A stretch of DNA of 64,000 nt from Octopus vulgaris (taxonomy: Eukaryota). The DNA is taken from assembly GCA_951406725.2 (NCBI GenBank), contig OX597843.1, forward strand, positions 15,872,001 to 15,936,000. Reading direction: 5' to 3'. The translations under genes and the position numbers were made by a program. The notes under the pieces were generated by a model that saw nothing but the letters and a program-made list of their open reading frames with translations, was not told the DNA's origin and ran no database searches. This document shows positions 27,169 through 40,492 of the stretch, piece by piece. Within the stretch, counting starts at the first letter, position 1, and each line of letters begins with the position of its first letter.

Positions 27169-27365
27169 CCGGAGTAAGCACATAAATGTGAAACAAGGTG
27201 GAGAAAAGAGTACTCAAATACCAGGGGTAGAGTAATATGCTTTATTTAAAAGCAGCAGAAATTCAACAAAATCTGTTACTGAATTTTAACAAAACTGTCC
27301 AACAAACAGGAACGTGAAACTCTGAGTAACAGGTTTTGTTGAATTTCTGCTGCTTTTAAAATAAA

Positions 27366-27405
<40 letters not shown>

Positions 27406-30330
27406 TTGAGGTATAGCAAAGAACACAGGTACAAGATTTTCCGGGCAGGGAACACTGATGGGGTTGGTGGCGTGGGTATACTTATCCCTGAAAAATGGGT
27501 AGATAAAGTAATTGAGGTAATCAGAGTATGTGACAGAATACTTAAGATTAGATTAGTGCTTCATCATGGATTAGTGACCATTATATCGGCCTATGCTCCT
27601 CAGCCGGGGCTACCCGATGGACAGAAAGACAGTTTCTATGACACTCTACTGCAGACTACCTCGTTGACGAACGACAGAGACCTTCTCTTTGTGGCTGGTG
27701 ACTTCAACGGTTACATTGGACGACATGCTGGGGGCTTCCATGGTGTACATGGAGGCTATGGTTATGGTTCCCGCAATGAGGAGGAAACCAGGCTGCTGGA
27801 GTTCTGCGATGCAAATGATCTTATGGTCTGCAACACTAACTTCAGGAAACCTACCAGCCACCTAGTTACTTACCGATCGGGCCAACATACCAGCCAAATT
27901 GACTACATCCTTGCAAGGCAAAGGGAGAGATGGCTGCTTATAAATGCCAAAACCTTCCCAGGTGAAGAATGTACCCCACAACATAGACTGGTAGTTAGTG
28001 ACTTTAGGATCAGGACTAAGAGGATGACCAGAAGACGACCAACATGGAGAAGAAGGATCTGGAAGCTTAAAGATCCTGTGAATGGACAGAGATTTAGGGA
28101 CATATTACTTGAAGCCTTTGACGAAGTAGAAGGGGATAGAGCATCACATGGGGTAGAAGACATCTGGACGTTTCTAAGGGACAACCTACTGAAAGCCACT
28201 GACCAGATCTGTGGCTGGTGCAAAGTCCCCTCTCAACCCAAAATAACATGGTGGTGGAACAATGTTGTAGACAGGGCTATTAGAGAAAAGAGACAGGCCT
28301 GGAAGGACTGGAAGAATGGTGGTAGCAGGGAATTGTATCAGACTGCCAAAAGGGAAGCTAGGAGACAGGTTTATTTAGCCAGAGGGGAAGCAGATAAGAA
28401 AACATTTGTCAATGTTCTGCGCAGTGAGGACCAAAGACTTGAGGTATTTCGTGTTGCAAGACAGTGTGTGAGAGAGAATCGTGATGTGGTAGGAGAGAAG
28501 TGTGTTCGCATGGAAGATGGTTCACTTGCGCTAAATGAGGATGCAAAGAGAGAGGTTTGGAGACGTCACTATGAAAGGTTGCTGAATAAAGAAAATGAAT
28601 GGGATAAAGTGAGTCTGCTGAATGTCGACCCAACAGAGGGACCAGCTATCCGAGTTGAAAGTTCCTTGGTAGTTAAGGCAATTAGAAGCATGAAGACAGG
28701 GAAAGCCTCAGGCACATCAGGAATCACTGCAGAGATGTTCAAAATATCTGGTAGTGTCGGCTATAGCCTAGTCACCCGTATAGTTAATCAGGTAATACAC
28801 GAAGGAGTCATACCCAATGACTGGTGTAGCAGCATACTAGTCAACTGCTACAAAGGTAAAGGAGACACCCTTGATACAAATAATTACAGAGGTATCAAGC
28901 TGTTGGATCAGGTAATGAAGGTTACGGAGAGGGTCATAGCCCAACTAATTAGAGAGAGAGTTAGTTTAGATGAGATGCAGTTTGGATTTGTGCCAGGGAA
29001 AAGTACCACTGATGCTATATTCCTGGTAAGGCAGCTGCAGGAGAAATACCTAGCCAAAGATAAGCCCCTCTACCTGGCTTTTGTTGACATAGAGAAAGCC
29101 TTCGACAGGGTCCCCCGATCCCTTATCTGGTGGTCAATGAGGAAACTAGGGATATATGAATGGTTAGTGAGAGCTGCGCGAGCCATGTACAGGGACGCCG
29201 CTAGTAAGGTGAGGGTTGGCAATGAGTACAGTGAAGAATTCCGAGTAGAGGTAGGGGTCCACCAAGGCTCAGTCGTCAGCCCCCTCCTATTTATCATAGT
29301 CCTCCAGGCAATAACGGAGGAATTCAAGACAGGACGTCCCTGGGAGCTCCTCTATGCTGATGACCTTGCTCTAATTGCTGAGTCACTATCAGAACTGGAG
29401 GAGAAATTTCAGGTGTGGAAGCAAGGATTAGAATCGAAGGGCCTTAGAGTCAATCTAGCTAAAACCAAAGTCCTAATAAGTAGGAAGGTAGACAAATCAC
29501 AAACGCCTTCAGGTAGATGGCCCTGCTCGATCTGTAGAAACGGTGTAGGTAGAAACTCTATAAGATGTACCAAGTGTAAGCTATGGACACATAAGAGGTG
29601 CAGCAATGTTAAAGGAAGGCTAACTGGGAAGATAGTTTTTGTATGTGGCAGATGCTCAGGAGCAATAAACACTGAAAATGCTCTGAGACCAACTTCTGCC
29701 ACATTCCAGGGAGAAAAACTAGAAATAGTTGATAGCTTCCGTTACCTAGGTGACCAAGTCAGTAGCGGGGGCAGGTGTGCTGAAAGTGTAACTGCTAGAG
29801 TAAGAATAGCTTGGGCAAAGTTCAGAGAGCTCTTACCTCTGCTGGTGACAAAAGGCCTCTCGCTCAGAGTAAAAGGCAGACTGTATGATGCATGTATACG
29901 TACAGCCATGCTACACGGCAGTGAAACATGGGCTGTGACTGCTGAGGATATGCGTAAGCTTGCAAGAAATGAAGCCAGTAAGCTCCGATGGATGTATAAT
30001 GTCAGTGTTCACACTCGACAGAGTGTAAGTACCTTGGGAGAAAAGCTGGACCTAAGAAGCATCAGTTGTGGTGTGCAAGAGAGACGTCTGCGCTGGTATG
30101 GTCATGTGGTGAGAATGGATGAAGATAGTTGTGTGAAAAAGTGCCATACCCTAGCAATTGAGGGAACCTGTGGAATAGGTAAACCCAGGAAGACCTGAGA
30201 CGAGGTGGTGAAGCACGACCTTCGAACTTTAGGTCTCACTGAGGAAATGACTAGAGACTGAGACCTATGGAAGTATGCTGTGCGTGAGAAGACCCGGCAG
30301 GACAAGTGAGACCATAACCCGTGGCCTACA
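27406..30330 (+). mobile_element. RTE-clade non-LTR retrotransposon (APE endonuclease + RT with internal PHD finger), 5'-truncated, premature stop near the C-terminus; best-preserved copy
   Basis: 930-aa ORF 27406-30198 with APE motifs (GVGILI, SAYAPQ, GDFNG, QIDYIL, QHRLV) and RT motifs (YRGIKLL, QFGF, DIEKAFD, HQGS, YADD, KTK, YLG), plus RTE-type C-terminus (HGSETW, RRLRWYGHV). The start is TTG next to (TA)n and the first APE motifs are missing. TGA stands where RPRKT(W) is expected and the frame continues DEVVKHDL. Confidence 0.95.
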
Positions 30331-30769
30331 CCTGGTATGTAAAGCTCGACAAAATGCTGTTAAGCATTTAGTTCAGTATACTGGTGATTCTGCCGAAAGT
30401 AGTATTTAGTGTCCTAACAAAACATCCATTTTTAATTTGGATATAACGATTACCGTTTGGCACTAATACTACTGTTGTTCCTCATAATTAAAGGGAGGCT
30501 GGCATATCTGGATCATTAAACCTATTGGTCATGTTGTGACAGTAGTTTAAATCGACTGCATGTCACCATGGAGACAAGCAGTGAGAAAACATTTTCAATA
30601 AATTTGGAAACGTGTTTGACATATGTCAAAGTAACTAAAAACCTACAAAACACGTGCCACAATATAGGCCAATACATTGCATGAATATCTGAGGCAATTA
30701 CAATGGAATGACAAAAACGAACAGAATATATGTATGTGTGTATGAATGTATCTATCTATCTATCTATCT

Positions 30770-31182
30770 CTTTTACTCTTTTCTCTTTTACTCTTTTACT
30801 TGTTTCAGTCATTTGACTGCGGCCATGCTGGAGCACCGCCTTTAGTCAAGCAAATCGACCCCGGGACTTATTCTTTTGTAAGCCCAGTACTTATTCTATT
30901 GGTCTCTTTTGCCAAACCGCTAAGTGACGGGGACGTAAACACACCAGCATCGGTTGTCAAGCAATGCTAGAGGGACAAACACAGATACACAAACACACAC
31001 GCATATATATACATATATACGACAGGCTTCTTTCAGTTTCCGTCTACCAAATCCACTCACAAGGCATTGGTCGGCCCGGGGCTATAGCAGAAGACACTTG
31101 CCCAAGATGCCACGCAGTGGGACTGAACCCGGAACCATGTGGTTGGTTAGCAAGCTACTTACCACACAGCCACTCCTGCGCC
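30770..31182 (-). mobile_element. SINE family 1
   Basis: Full-length match. Confidence 0.9.
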
Positions 31183-31449
31183 TATCTATCAATCTATCTG
31201 TTTGTTTATAATTAAAGTCAAAATGAGGGTGAAAAAATTGGATATTAACTTAATAACATCAATTTAAACACCAGTGGCCTAGCGCAAAAAGACTGAGATT
31301 CAGTAAATATCATTAATACACAAATAAGTGAGAGAATCCACTATGTGGACGCTCTTACGCTAGAGATAGATCCGCAAAGGGACTCAACCACTAAGAATTG
31401 TTCTCAAGAAAAAATTTGGCACACTAAGAACGTAAGCGGGCAGGACATG

Positions 31450-31525
<76 letters not shown>

Positions 31526-31541
31526 AATCTATCTATCCATC

Positions 31542-31576
<35 letters not shown>

Positions 31577-31611
31577 AATCTATCTACCTATCTACATACC
31601 TACCTACCTAC

Positions 31612-31660
<49 letters not shown>

Positions 31661-31661
31661 C

Positions 31662-31708
<47 letters not shown>

Positions 31709-31739
31709 AATCTATCTACCTATCTACATACCTACCTAC

Positions 31740-31826
<87 letters not shown>

Positions 31827-31836
31827 ACTATCCATC
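31450..31836. repeat. (TATC)n microsatellite
   Basis: Directly visible. Confidence 0.98.
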
Positions 31837-33251
31837 TATCAGATCATCCCATAAGTTCTGTCTGATTTTACCTTTTTTAAAATTGAATGAAATTTAATAG
31901 TATTTTAGAAAGTCTAATGGAATTAAAAATTATTTTTATGCATTTGTGTACATTTAAACTAATTAAATATTATTTTACTGAATAATAGAATTAAAATTTC
32001 TTATTTCTTTACTGCCCACAAGGGGCTACACACAGGGGGGACAAACAAGGACTGACAAACAAATTAAGTCGATTATATCGACCCCAGTGCATAAGTGGTA
32101 CTTATTTAATCGACCCTAGTAAGTTGATTAAATTAAAATTAAAATTTCTTTGATTAAAACCCTTTCTAACATGGAAGTATCCAAAGAGCATTTGAGGCAC
32201 ATAATGCTTTATGAGTACAAAAAAGGAAACTCTGCAGCTGAAGCGACTCGAAACATCCACTCAGTTTATAGGAAAGCATGCTAGAATGAAAGAACTTGCA
32301 GAAGATGGTTTGCAAAATTCAGAAGTGGAGATTTCAGCATTGAAGATGAAGATCAAACAGGACATCCAGTTGAATTTGATGATAATCTCCTCGAGGCCAT
32401 TACTTGAAGAAAATCCTGCATTATCAGTTGAAGAATTGGCAATAAAGCTTAGTTCAAACCATACAACTGTTCATTGTCATCTTCAACAACTTGGAAAGGT
32501 TCCTAAACTTGGAAAATGGGTGCCTCATGAATTGTCCGAAAGCAACCGCAAATCCCGAGTTGACAGCTACACTTCTCTCCATTCTCATGAACTCATTTCA
32601 CCCTTTTTGGATAGACTTGTGACTGGTGATGAAAAATGGATCTTCTATCGAAATGTTAAACGTCGTAAACAGTGGCTTGGTAAAAGGGAAAAAGCTCAAC
32701 CACAACCGAGAAGGGAACTTCATGGGAAAAAGGTTCTTCTCTCTATCTGGTGGGATTGCAAATTCACTCTGAATTGTTACCACCTAATGCAACAATCAAT
32801 GCTCAAGTTTACTGTCAACAATTAGAGCATTTGAACCAAGCTTTGAAGAAAAGAAACCCGCTTTAGTGAATCAAAAAGGAGTGATGTTTCATTAGATAAT
32901 GTGTAACCCCACACTGCAAACATCACATCACAGAAGATCGAAGAGCTTGGTTGGGAAAAAATTCCTCATTCACCTTATTCTCCCAACCTTGCTCCTTCAG
33001 GCTACCATTTGTTTTGAAGTTTACAGAATCATTTGGGGGACATAACTTTCGCAGGCCAGAAGGAGGTTGAAACTGACATTTCAGAGTTCTTCGCTTTGAA
33101 ACCAAAAGAGTTTTAACATTGTAAATAGATGGAAGGAAGTCATAGATAATCAGGGAAAGTACATTGATGATTAAATTTCAATTAAATATAACATTTGATC
33201 ACTTGTTTTCTTTATTCAAAATTCAGACAGAACTTATGGGATGACCTGCTA
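31837..33251 (+). mobile_element. Full-length degenerate mariner element (DD34D transposase pseudogene ~32171-33174)
   Basis: Inverted termini CAGATCATCCCATAAGTTCTGTCTGA / TCAGACAGAACTTATGGGATGACCTG. Start MEVSKEHLRHIMLYEYKKG, then WVPHEL, TGDEKW and SPYSPNLAPS motifs, with frameshifts. A SINE fragment is inserted at ~32005-32115. Confidence 0.92.
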
Positions 33252-33426
33252 TATCCATCCATCAATCTGTCTGCCCATCTGCTCGTCCACCCGTCTGCCT
33301 GTTGGCCTGTCTGCCTGTCCGTCCATTTACCTGTCTGTCTGTCCGTCCGTTTGTCTGCCTGCCTGTCCGTCTGCCTGTCCATCTATCCACCCATCCGTCC
33401 ACCTGCCTGTCCGTCTGTATGTATGT

Positions 33427-34965
33427 ATAATAATAATAATAATAATAATAATGAAATTATTGTATACAATGCTCGGGTGCACCACAACTTGTCAGAAAGT
33501 GTGTATAAAGCATATGTATTAATGTACAAATGTCTGGAAAGCGAACAGTGTATGAGTGTGTATGCTTGTGTGTGTATGGAGGGGAGAAAATCAGGTGTAG
33601 TGTTGGCGAAAGGAAGCATGGAAGTTTTGAAGGATGCAGTGCTCTGACAACTAATAACTGATGCCGGCAGTTTGTTCCATGCTTCAGCAACTCTTAGCGT
33701 GAAAAAATGTTTCCGAAAGTCATGGGAGCTGTGCTGTTTTCTGACTTTGTAAACATGTCCACAGGTGTTAGACAGGTGGATTTCGAAAAGGTGCTCAGAG
33801 TTATTGTTTGTGTGATGGTTGATAATTTTATGGGTGTTTGCTAAGTCAGCTGCCAGACGTCGGAGTTTCAGTGTGTTCATGCCCAGGGAAGTAAGGCGTT
33901 CATGATATGGCAAATGCCTGATGGAGGGTATTCTCTTGGTTGTCAGATACATGGTTGTGTGTGTATGGAAGGGAGAAAATCAGGTGTAGTGTTGGCGAAT
34001 CTCAGGAAGCATGGAAGTTTTGAAGGATGCAGTGCTCCAACAACTAACAACTGATGCCGGCAGTTTGTTCCATGCTTCAGCAACTCTCAGTGTGAAAAAA
34101 TGTTTCCTGAAGTCATGGAAGGAGCTGTGCTGTTTTCTGACTTTGTAAATATGTCCACGGGTGTTAGATGGGTGGAGTTTAAAAAGGTGCTCAGAGTTAT
34201 TGTTGGTACGATGGTTGATAATTTTATGTGTGTCTGCCAAGTCAGCTGCCAGATGTTGGGGTTTCAACGTGTCCATGCCCAGGGAAGTAAGGCGTTCAGG
34301 ATATGGCAAATGCCTGATGGAGGGTATTCTTTTGGTTGCACGTCGCTGAACGGCTTCCAGATGATTGATATCCTGGGCAAGATAGGGGTTCCAGACCGGT
34401 GATGCAAATTCCAGGTGAGGTCTTACCATAGCTACATAAAGCCGCAGATAGATAGCCGGAGAGTGGCTCACAAAGGACTTGGTGAGTGATGCCAAGACAC
34501 CCTCAGCTTTCTTGACAATTTTAGCGATGTGTTTTGTCCAACGCAAATCACTGTCGACAATAATACCCAGGCCACGTTCACATGAAGACTTTTTGAGACT
34601 AGTGTTGTGGAGGGAGTAGGTGGACGCTGGGTTTCTCCTCCCAAAATGCATGGTGGTACATTTGTCCACAGCCAGCTTGAGTTGCCAGTCCATGATCCAC
34701 TGCTGCATTGTGTCCAGGTCTGCTTGCAATGGAGATCTATAGTGTACAGGATTTGACCTCTTTATTTCGAGGTACAGCTTGATGTCATCTGCATATTTCA
34801 GCACTGTGGCATTCTTTAAGTTGGCATCTATGTCATTAACATATGCAACAAATAAAAGGGGGCCACCAGATGTCATCTCATAGGGCGAAGAGTGCTGTCC
34901 TAGAACTGTGACAATCTCTTTTCGGCCGAAAATAAAGGACTTCAACCAGTTATAGAGTTCATCTC
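33427..34965 (-). mobile_element. 5'-truncated CR1-clade LINE with tandemly duplicated 3' end and (ATT)n tail
   Basis: 321-aa ORF 33980-34945 (GPLLF, KYADDIK, LGIIVD, RPHLEFASPVWNP, LEAVQRRATK, FFTLRVAEAWNKLP). The C-terminal segment is repeated at 33460-33950. Confidence 0.9.
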
Positions 34966-35132
34966 TATATGTATGTATGTATATATGTATGTGTAAAGTT
35001 TATAACTATAGTGGAAATAGCTGTTAACATTGAAATACTCAAGTTACTAGAGTGTTCAATGTTAAAAACCGATACTCTAACATCTAGTATATCTGTTCAC
35101 GAGGGCAATGGTGACAGTACACACTTTTCTAA

Positions 35133-35171
<39 letters not shown>

Positions 35172-35399
35172 CCATATATGTATGTTATCTTTATGATCAT
35201 CATTATTAATATTTTCATCAATTAAATGCCTTTCTTCCAACCAGGCATTGGTTGTATCTTTTGAAAGGTTTTGTTGAGTCAGATAATGGTGCCATTCTCC
35301 TATCTATGAAAGCATTGTATATACATACATATACATATCTATGTGCATGTGTGTGTGTGAGTGTGTGTATATGTATATACACATGCACACATTTACATA

Positions 35400-35870
35400 A
35401 TTGTATAGCGTTGTATTGTATTTTGAAGAAAACGTGTAGAATCTTCTATAAATATTTAAGGTTAATTTTGGAAGTTCCCACAGACATTGCTGATCTTCAA
35501 TAGAAAATAAAACCATTCACACAATGCGATAATGACTACTTAAAAAAATGTAGTAGTAGAGGTGGCGGCAGCAGTGGTGGTGGTGGTGGTGGTGGTATTA
35601 ACCGTTATTTTTTTTCTATTGTTGTGGGGTGGTGTGTTATTTATAACTTATTACTATTGTCAATATCATTATTATTATTATAAAAATCACGTGTTTGACC
35701 GGGCTGGCTGATGGCCAAGTCCAACGTGAAGATCACTCCACTGTATCGCTTTAGCAAGGAAGAGCAGGCACATTTTTCTTTGTTTTGTTGCTATGGTAAA
35801 AGAAGAAGTGTGGCGGTGATTGCTGACGAGGCTTTCCCCCACTCTCTGGCTCTCAGTCACATTGGGAGGC
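35400..35870 (+). other. Diverged copy of a multi-copy conserved non-coding element (core GGCCAAGTCCAACGTGAAGATCACTCCACTGTAT at 35713-35746)
   Basis: Collinear homology blocks with 1340-2150 (+), 4370-5200 (+), 14590-15510 (+), 20350-20870 (-) and 25620-26140 (-). Confidence 0.7.
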
Positions 35871-35914
35871 ACCCTTGTTGAGAGAAAGGTGTAACCGGAG
35901 AGAGAATTGCTACC

Positions 35915-36318
35915 TTACTCTTTTACTCTTTTACTTGTCTCAGTCATTTGACTGCAGCCATGCTGGAGCACCGCTTTTAGTCATGGAAATCGACCCCGGG
36001 ACTTATTCTTTTGTAAGCCTAGTACTTATTCTATCGGTCTCTTTTGCCGAACCACTAAGTGACGGGGACGTAAAAACACCAGCATCGGTTGTCAAGCGAT
36101 GCTAGGGGGACAACACAAACACACACACACACATACACATACATATATATACATATATACGACGGGCTTCTTTCAGTTTCCGTCTACCAAATCCATTCAC
36201 AAGGCTTTGGTCGGCCCAAGGCTATAGTAGAAGACACTTGCCCAAGGTGCCACACAGTGGGACTGAACCCGGAACCATGTGGTTGGTAAGCAAGCTACTT
36301 ACCACACAACCACTCCTG
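35915..36318 (-). mobile_element. SINE family 1
   Basis: Full-length match; interrupts the conserved non-coding element copy. Confidence 0.9.
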
Positions 36319-36894
36319 TTAAAAAGTTGGGTAAATATGGTGAGTATGGCCTAGGTTGACTGGTCCTGTTCTGAATCTGGGATTGTAGGGACAGAGATAA
36401 GAGCAAGGAGAGGGACCCTGGCCATTGATAGTCTGGGTTATCTGGAATATCTGTAGGGGTCCAATTTTGGTCCATGGTTGAGGCCCTCTTTATTGTGACT
36501 ATACATTTTCTTTTTTTTTTCTTTTTTTTTTAGCCATTTTACTGGTTTCATTCATACTCTGGCCATACAGGGGCAGCCCCTTCAAAAGTTTTTCATTGAT
36601 CATATCAAGTCCAGCACTTTTTTTCATTCAGGTGAAGTTGGGTCTGCTCTGAGTATGGGATTATAGGACAGAGATCACATCTAGGAGAAGGGTTATTCCC
36701 TTATGTGGCCAGGCAACATGCTGGAAAAAGCAGCAAAATAGCTCTTAAATTAAATACTCCTACCATCTTGAACACAGGGTACAGTGGTCAAAAATAGTGG
36801 AGAGTTAATTTTGGATCACCTTTTATCAAAAAAATCTGCTTTATTATGTCTGATCTGATGTTGGAAAACAACAAATACATACATATATATGCAT

Positions 36895-37054
36895 GAGTGG
36901 CTGTGTGGTAAGTAGCTTGCTAATGAACCACATGGTTCCGGGTTCAGTCCCATTGCATGGCACCTTGGGCAAGTGTCTTCTACTATAGCCTCGGGCCGAC
37001 CAAAGCATTGTGAGTAGATTTGGTAGACGGAAACTGAAAGAAGCCCATCGTATA

Positions 37055-37124
<70 letters not shown>

Positions 37125-38091
37125 ATATGTTTGTGTGTCTGTGTTTGTCCCCCTAGCATTGCTTGACAACCAATGCTGGTATGTTTACGTCCCTGTAACT
37201 TGCAGTTCGGCAAAAGAGACCGATAGAATAAGTACTAGGCTTACAAAGAATAAGTCCTGGGGTTGATTTGGTCGACTAAAAGCAGTGCTCCAGTATGGCC
37301 ACAGTCAAATGACTGAAACAAGTAAAAGAGTAAAAGAGTATGTATAAATATATATGGCTGTGTGGTAAGTAGCTTGCTAACCAGCCACATGGTTCCGGGT
37401 TCAGTCCCACTGCGTGGCACCTTGGGTAAGTGTCTTCTGCTATAGCCCCAGGCCGACCAATGCCTTGTGAGTGGATTTGGTAGATGGAAACTGAAAGAAG
37501 CCTGTCGTATATATGTATATATATGTATATATATGTATGTGTGTGTATGTGTTTGTGTGTCTGTGTTTGTCCCCCTAGCATTGCTTGACAACCGATGCTG
37601 GTGTGTTTATGTCCCCGTCACCTAGCGGTTCGGCAAAAAGAGACCAATAGAATAAGTACTGGGCTTACAAAGAATAAGTCCCGGGGTCGATTTGCTCGAG
37701 TAAAGGCGGTGCTCCAGCATGGCCGCAGTCAAATGCTGGAGCACCGCCTTTAGTCGAGCAAATCGACCCCCGGGACTTATTCTTTTGTAAGCCCAATACT
37801 TATTCTATCGGTCTCTTTTGCCGAACCGCTAAGTTACAGGGACATAAACACACCAGCATCGGTTGTCAAGCAATGCTAGGGGGACAAACACAGATACACA
37901 AACATATACAAACATACATATATATATATATACATATATACGACAGGCTTCTTTCAGTTTCCGTCTCCCAAATCCACTCACAAGGCATTGGTCGGCCCGA
38001 GGCTATAGCAGAAGACACTTGCCCAAGGTGCCACACAGTGGGACTGAACCTGGAACCATGTAGTTGGTTAGCAAGCTACTTACCACACAGC
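36895..38091. mobile_element. Cluster of three family-1 SINEs (36895-37338 +, 37355-37732 +, 37733-38091 -)
   Basis: Three full or near-full matches; the last two are joined tail to tail. Confidence 0.9.
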
Positions 38092-38157
38092 CGCCACACA
38101 TATAAAATATATCTTGTGTACAGTTAGATGTATGATTACTACTGTATAGCAAAGACA

Positions 38158-38500
38158 CATGTCTCAGTAGCTAGTGAGTTGGACTCACAATCATGAGGTT
38201 GTGAGTTCAATTCCTAGACCGGGCTGTATGTGGTATTCTTGAGCAAGACACTTTATTTCATGTTGCTCCAGTTCACTCAGCTGTAGAAAGGAGTTGTGAC
38301 ATCACTGGTGCCAAGCTGTGTCGGCCCCTTTGCCTTTCCCTAGGATAACATCGGTGGCATGGAGAGGGGAGGTTGGTATGCCCAGGCGACTGATGATCTT
38401 CCATAAACAACCCTGTCCAGACTTGTGCCTCAGAGGGGAACTTTCTAGGTGCAATCCCATGGTCATTCATGACCAAAGGGGATCTTTACCCTTTACTCTT
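38158..38500 (+). mobile_element. Degenerate tRNA-derived SINE (another family; related to ~5910-6140 and ~16215-16440)
   Basis: GAGTTCAATTCC B-box-like motif followed by CTTGAGCAAGACACTTTATTTC...GCTCCAGT.CACTCAGCTG, shared among the copies. Confidence 0.55.
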
Positions 38501-38547
38501 TTCCCATTTTTACCTTACTACTATATGAGTTAGAGCTTCATCTAGAC

Positions 38548-38766
38548 CAGTGGTTTTCAACCAGGGTTCCGCAGAACCTTAGGGTTCCGCCAGTACAGTC
38601 CAGGGGTTCCACAAGAAGTTACAAAACTGCTAAAATCGGCAGTAATTTTTAATTCTCCTGTGCAGATATGTGTGCATAAGACTATTAAATTATTGCACAG
38701 GGGTTCCTCGAGCAAGTGGAATGTTTGCTTGGGGTTCTGCTCCAGCAAAAAGGTTGAAAAGCACTG
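38548..38766. mobile_element. hAT-superfamily MITE (219 bp) with perfect 8-bp TSD
   Basis: TIRs CAGTGGTTTTCAACC / GGTTGAAAAGCACTG. TSD ATCTAGAC at 38540-38547 and 38767-38774. Confidence 0.9.
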
Positions 38767-39729
38767 ATCTAGACTATCATTATCCAGTCCCCTTGTTAGA
38801 ATAGGGGTTAGTCTACAACTGTACTTATTAGTGTTACTAGTTAAGATATACAGAGCATATGTAGGGGAAAATTAAGATTAACACCAGTATAAATATTTAG
38901 TTCCTACATACATTTCAGTGGAGGCACATGGCCTAGTGTTTAGAGCAGCAAACTGGCAGTCGAGGGATTGCAGGTTCGAATCTCAGACCGGGTAATGTGT
39001 GTATTTATGAGCGAAACACCTAAGCTCCACATGGCTCTGGCCCCTTTGAATTACAGGTACTATTCAATTTTTGAGAGCTGAGTGGACTGGAGCAATGTGA
39101 AATAAAGCATCTTGCTCGAAGACATGGGTCCCAGGTGATCTGATCAATGGAATAGCCTGCTCATGAAATTAATGGGCAAGTGGCTGAGCACTCCACAGAC
39201 ACATATCCCCTTAAAGTAGTTCTCAGGGAGATTCAGTGTTAAACAGAATATGACAGGGCTGGCCCTTTCAAATACAGGTACTACACATTTTTGCCAGCCA
39301 AGTGGACTGGAGCAACATGAAAAAAGAGGATTATTGCTTAAAGACAAAATCACTGCTGGGAATTGAACTTGTGATCTTACAATCATTGTCCAAATACTTG
39401 AACCCCTAAGCCATGTGCCTACACAATAGTCACACACATATACACATTGTAAGATGATGGAAAGCCTATCTGATTGTCTTTGATTATTTTGAAAATTATC
39501 TAATGCATCAAACACATTACTGATTGTGTCGAAATAGCTACTAAGGTACTGTATTAGTCCAATATTACTGAAAAATGTTATCAGCATTGAATATTTGCAG
39601 CACAGTAGCAAAGTGGTAAAGGCAAAAACTTGTATGTATGTATAGATATGTATTAAGTTGGCAACTAAGTTCCTGCCATTTTTTAAAATTTAAAATTTTT
39701 AAAAGGTTTAATAAAAAATAACAACTAAT

Positions 39730-40245
39730 TGGGAAAGACCCAAGAGATTAAGACTCTATTCCTTAGAGCGTAGGCGAGAAAGATATGCCATAATATACAT
39801 CTGGAAGATCCTAGAAGGACTTGTTCCAAACTTTGGCATTGAGAGTTACACAAATACTAGAACTGGGCACCACTGCATAGTGCCAAGGACTCCAAATTTG
39901 CCATCAAGATGTAGGACAAGATATTGTGATAGCCTGGGCTTCAGAGGCCCACAGCTCTTCAATATCCTCCCGAAGAACCTGAGAGACCTGCATGGGCTGG
40001 ATGCAGATGTCTTTAAAATAAAACTGGATCTCTTCCTGTCAGGTGTCCCAGATGAACCAACTTCATGGCAGGAGGTGCAGATGAGGGCAGCTGCATCGAA
40101 CTCTCTCATGCACCAAATGGCAATTGCTAAAAAGCATTCATGAAGTAAAATCATGTAGCAACACCAAATGGCGGTGACCCAGCATGGCCACAGCTCGTGA
40201 GCTGAAACTAGATAAAATAAAATAAAATAAAATAAATAATTAATC
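39730..40245 (+). mobile_element. 3' end of a second CR1-group LINE with (TAAAA)n tail
   Basis: Encodes RLYSLERRRERYAIIYIWKILEG...GPQLFNILPKNLR...FKIKLDLFLSGVPDEP, then a short UTR and tail. Confidence 0.8.
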
Positions 40246-40250
40246 GATAA

Positions 40251-40419
40251 TAGGAGTGGCTGTGTGGTAAATAGCTTGTTTACCAACCACATGGTTCCAG
40301 TTTCAGTCCCACTGCATGGCACCTTGGGCAAGTGTCTTCTACTATAGCCTCAGGCCGATCAAAGCCTTGTGAGTGGATTTGGTAGACAAAAACTGAAAGA
40401 AGCCTATCGTATATATGTA

Positions 40420-40492
<73 letters not shown>

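Noticed and set aside
27406-30198. An active full-length LINE or a domesticated RT gene
   Set aside because: Non-ATG start next to (TA)n, missing N-terminal APE motifs, premature TGA, no 3' tail, and frameshifted sibling copies.
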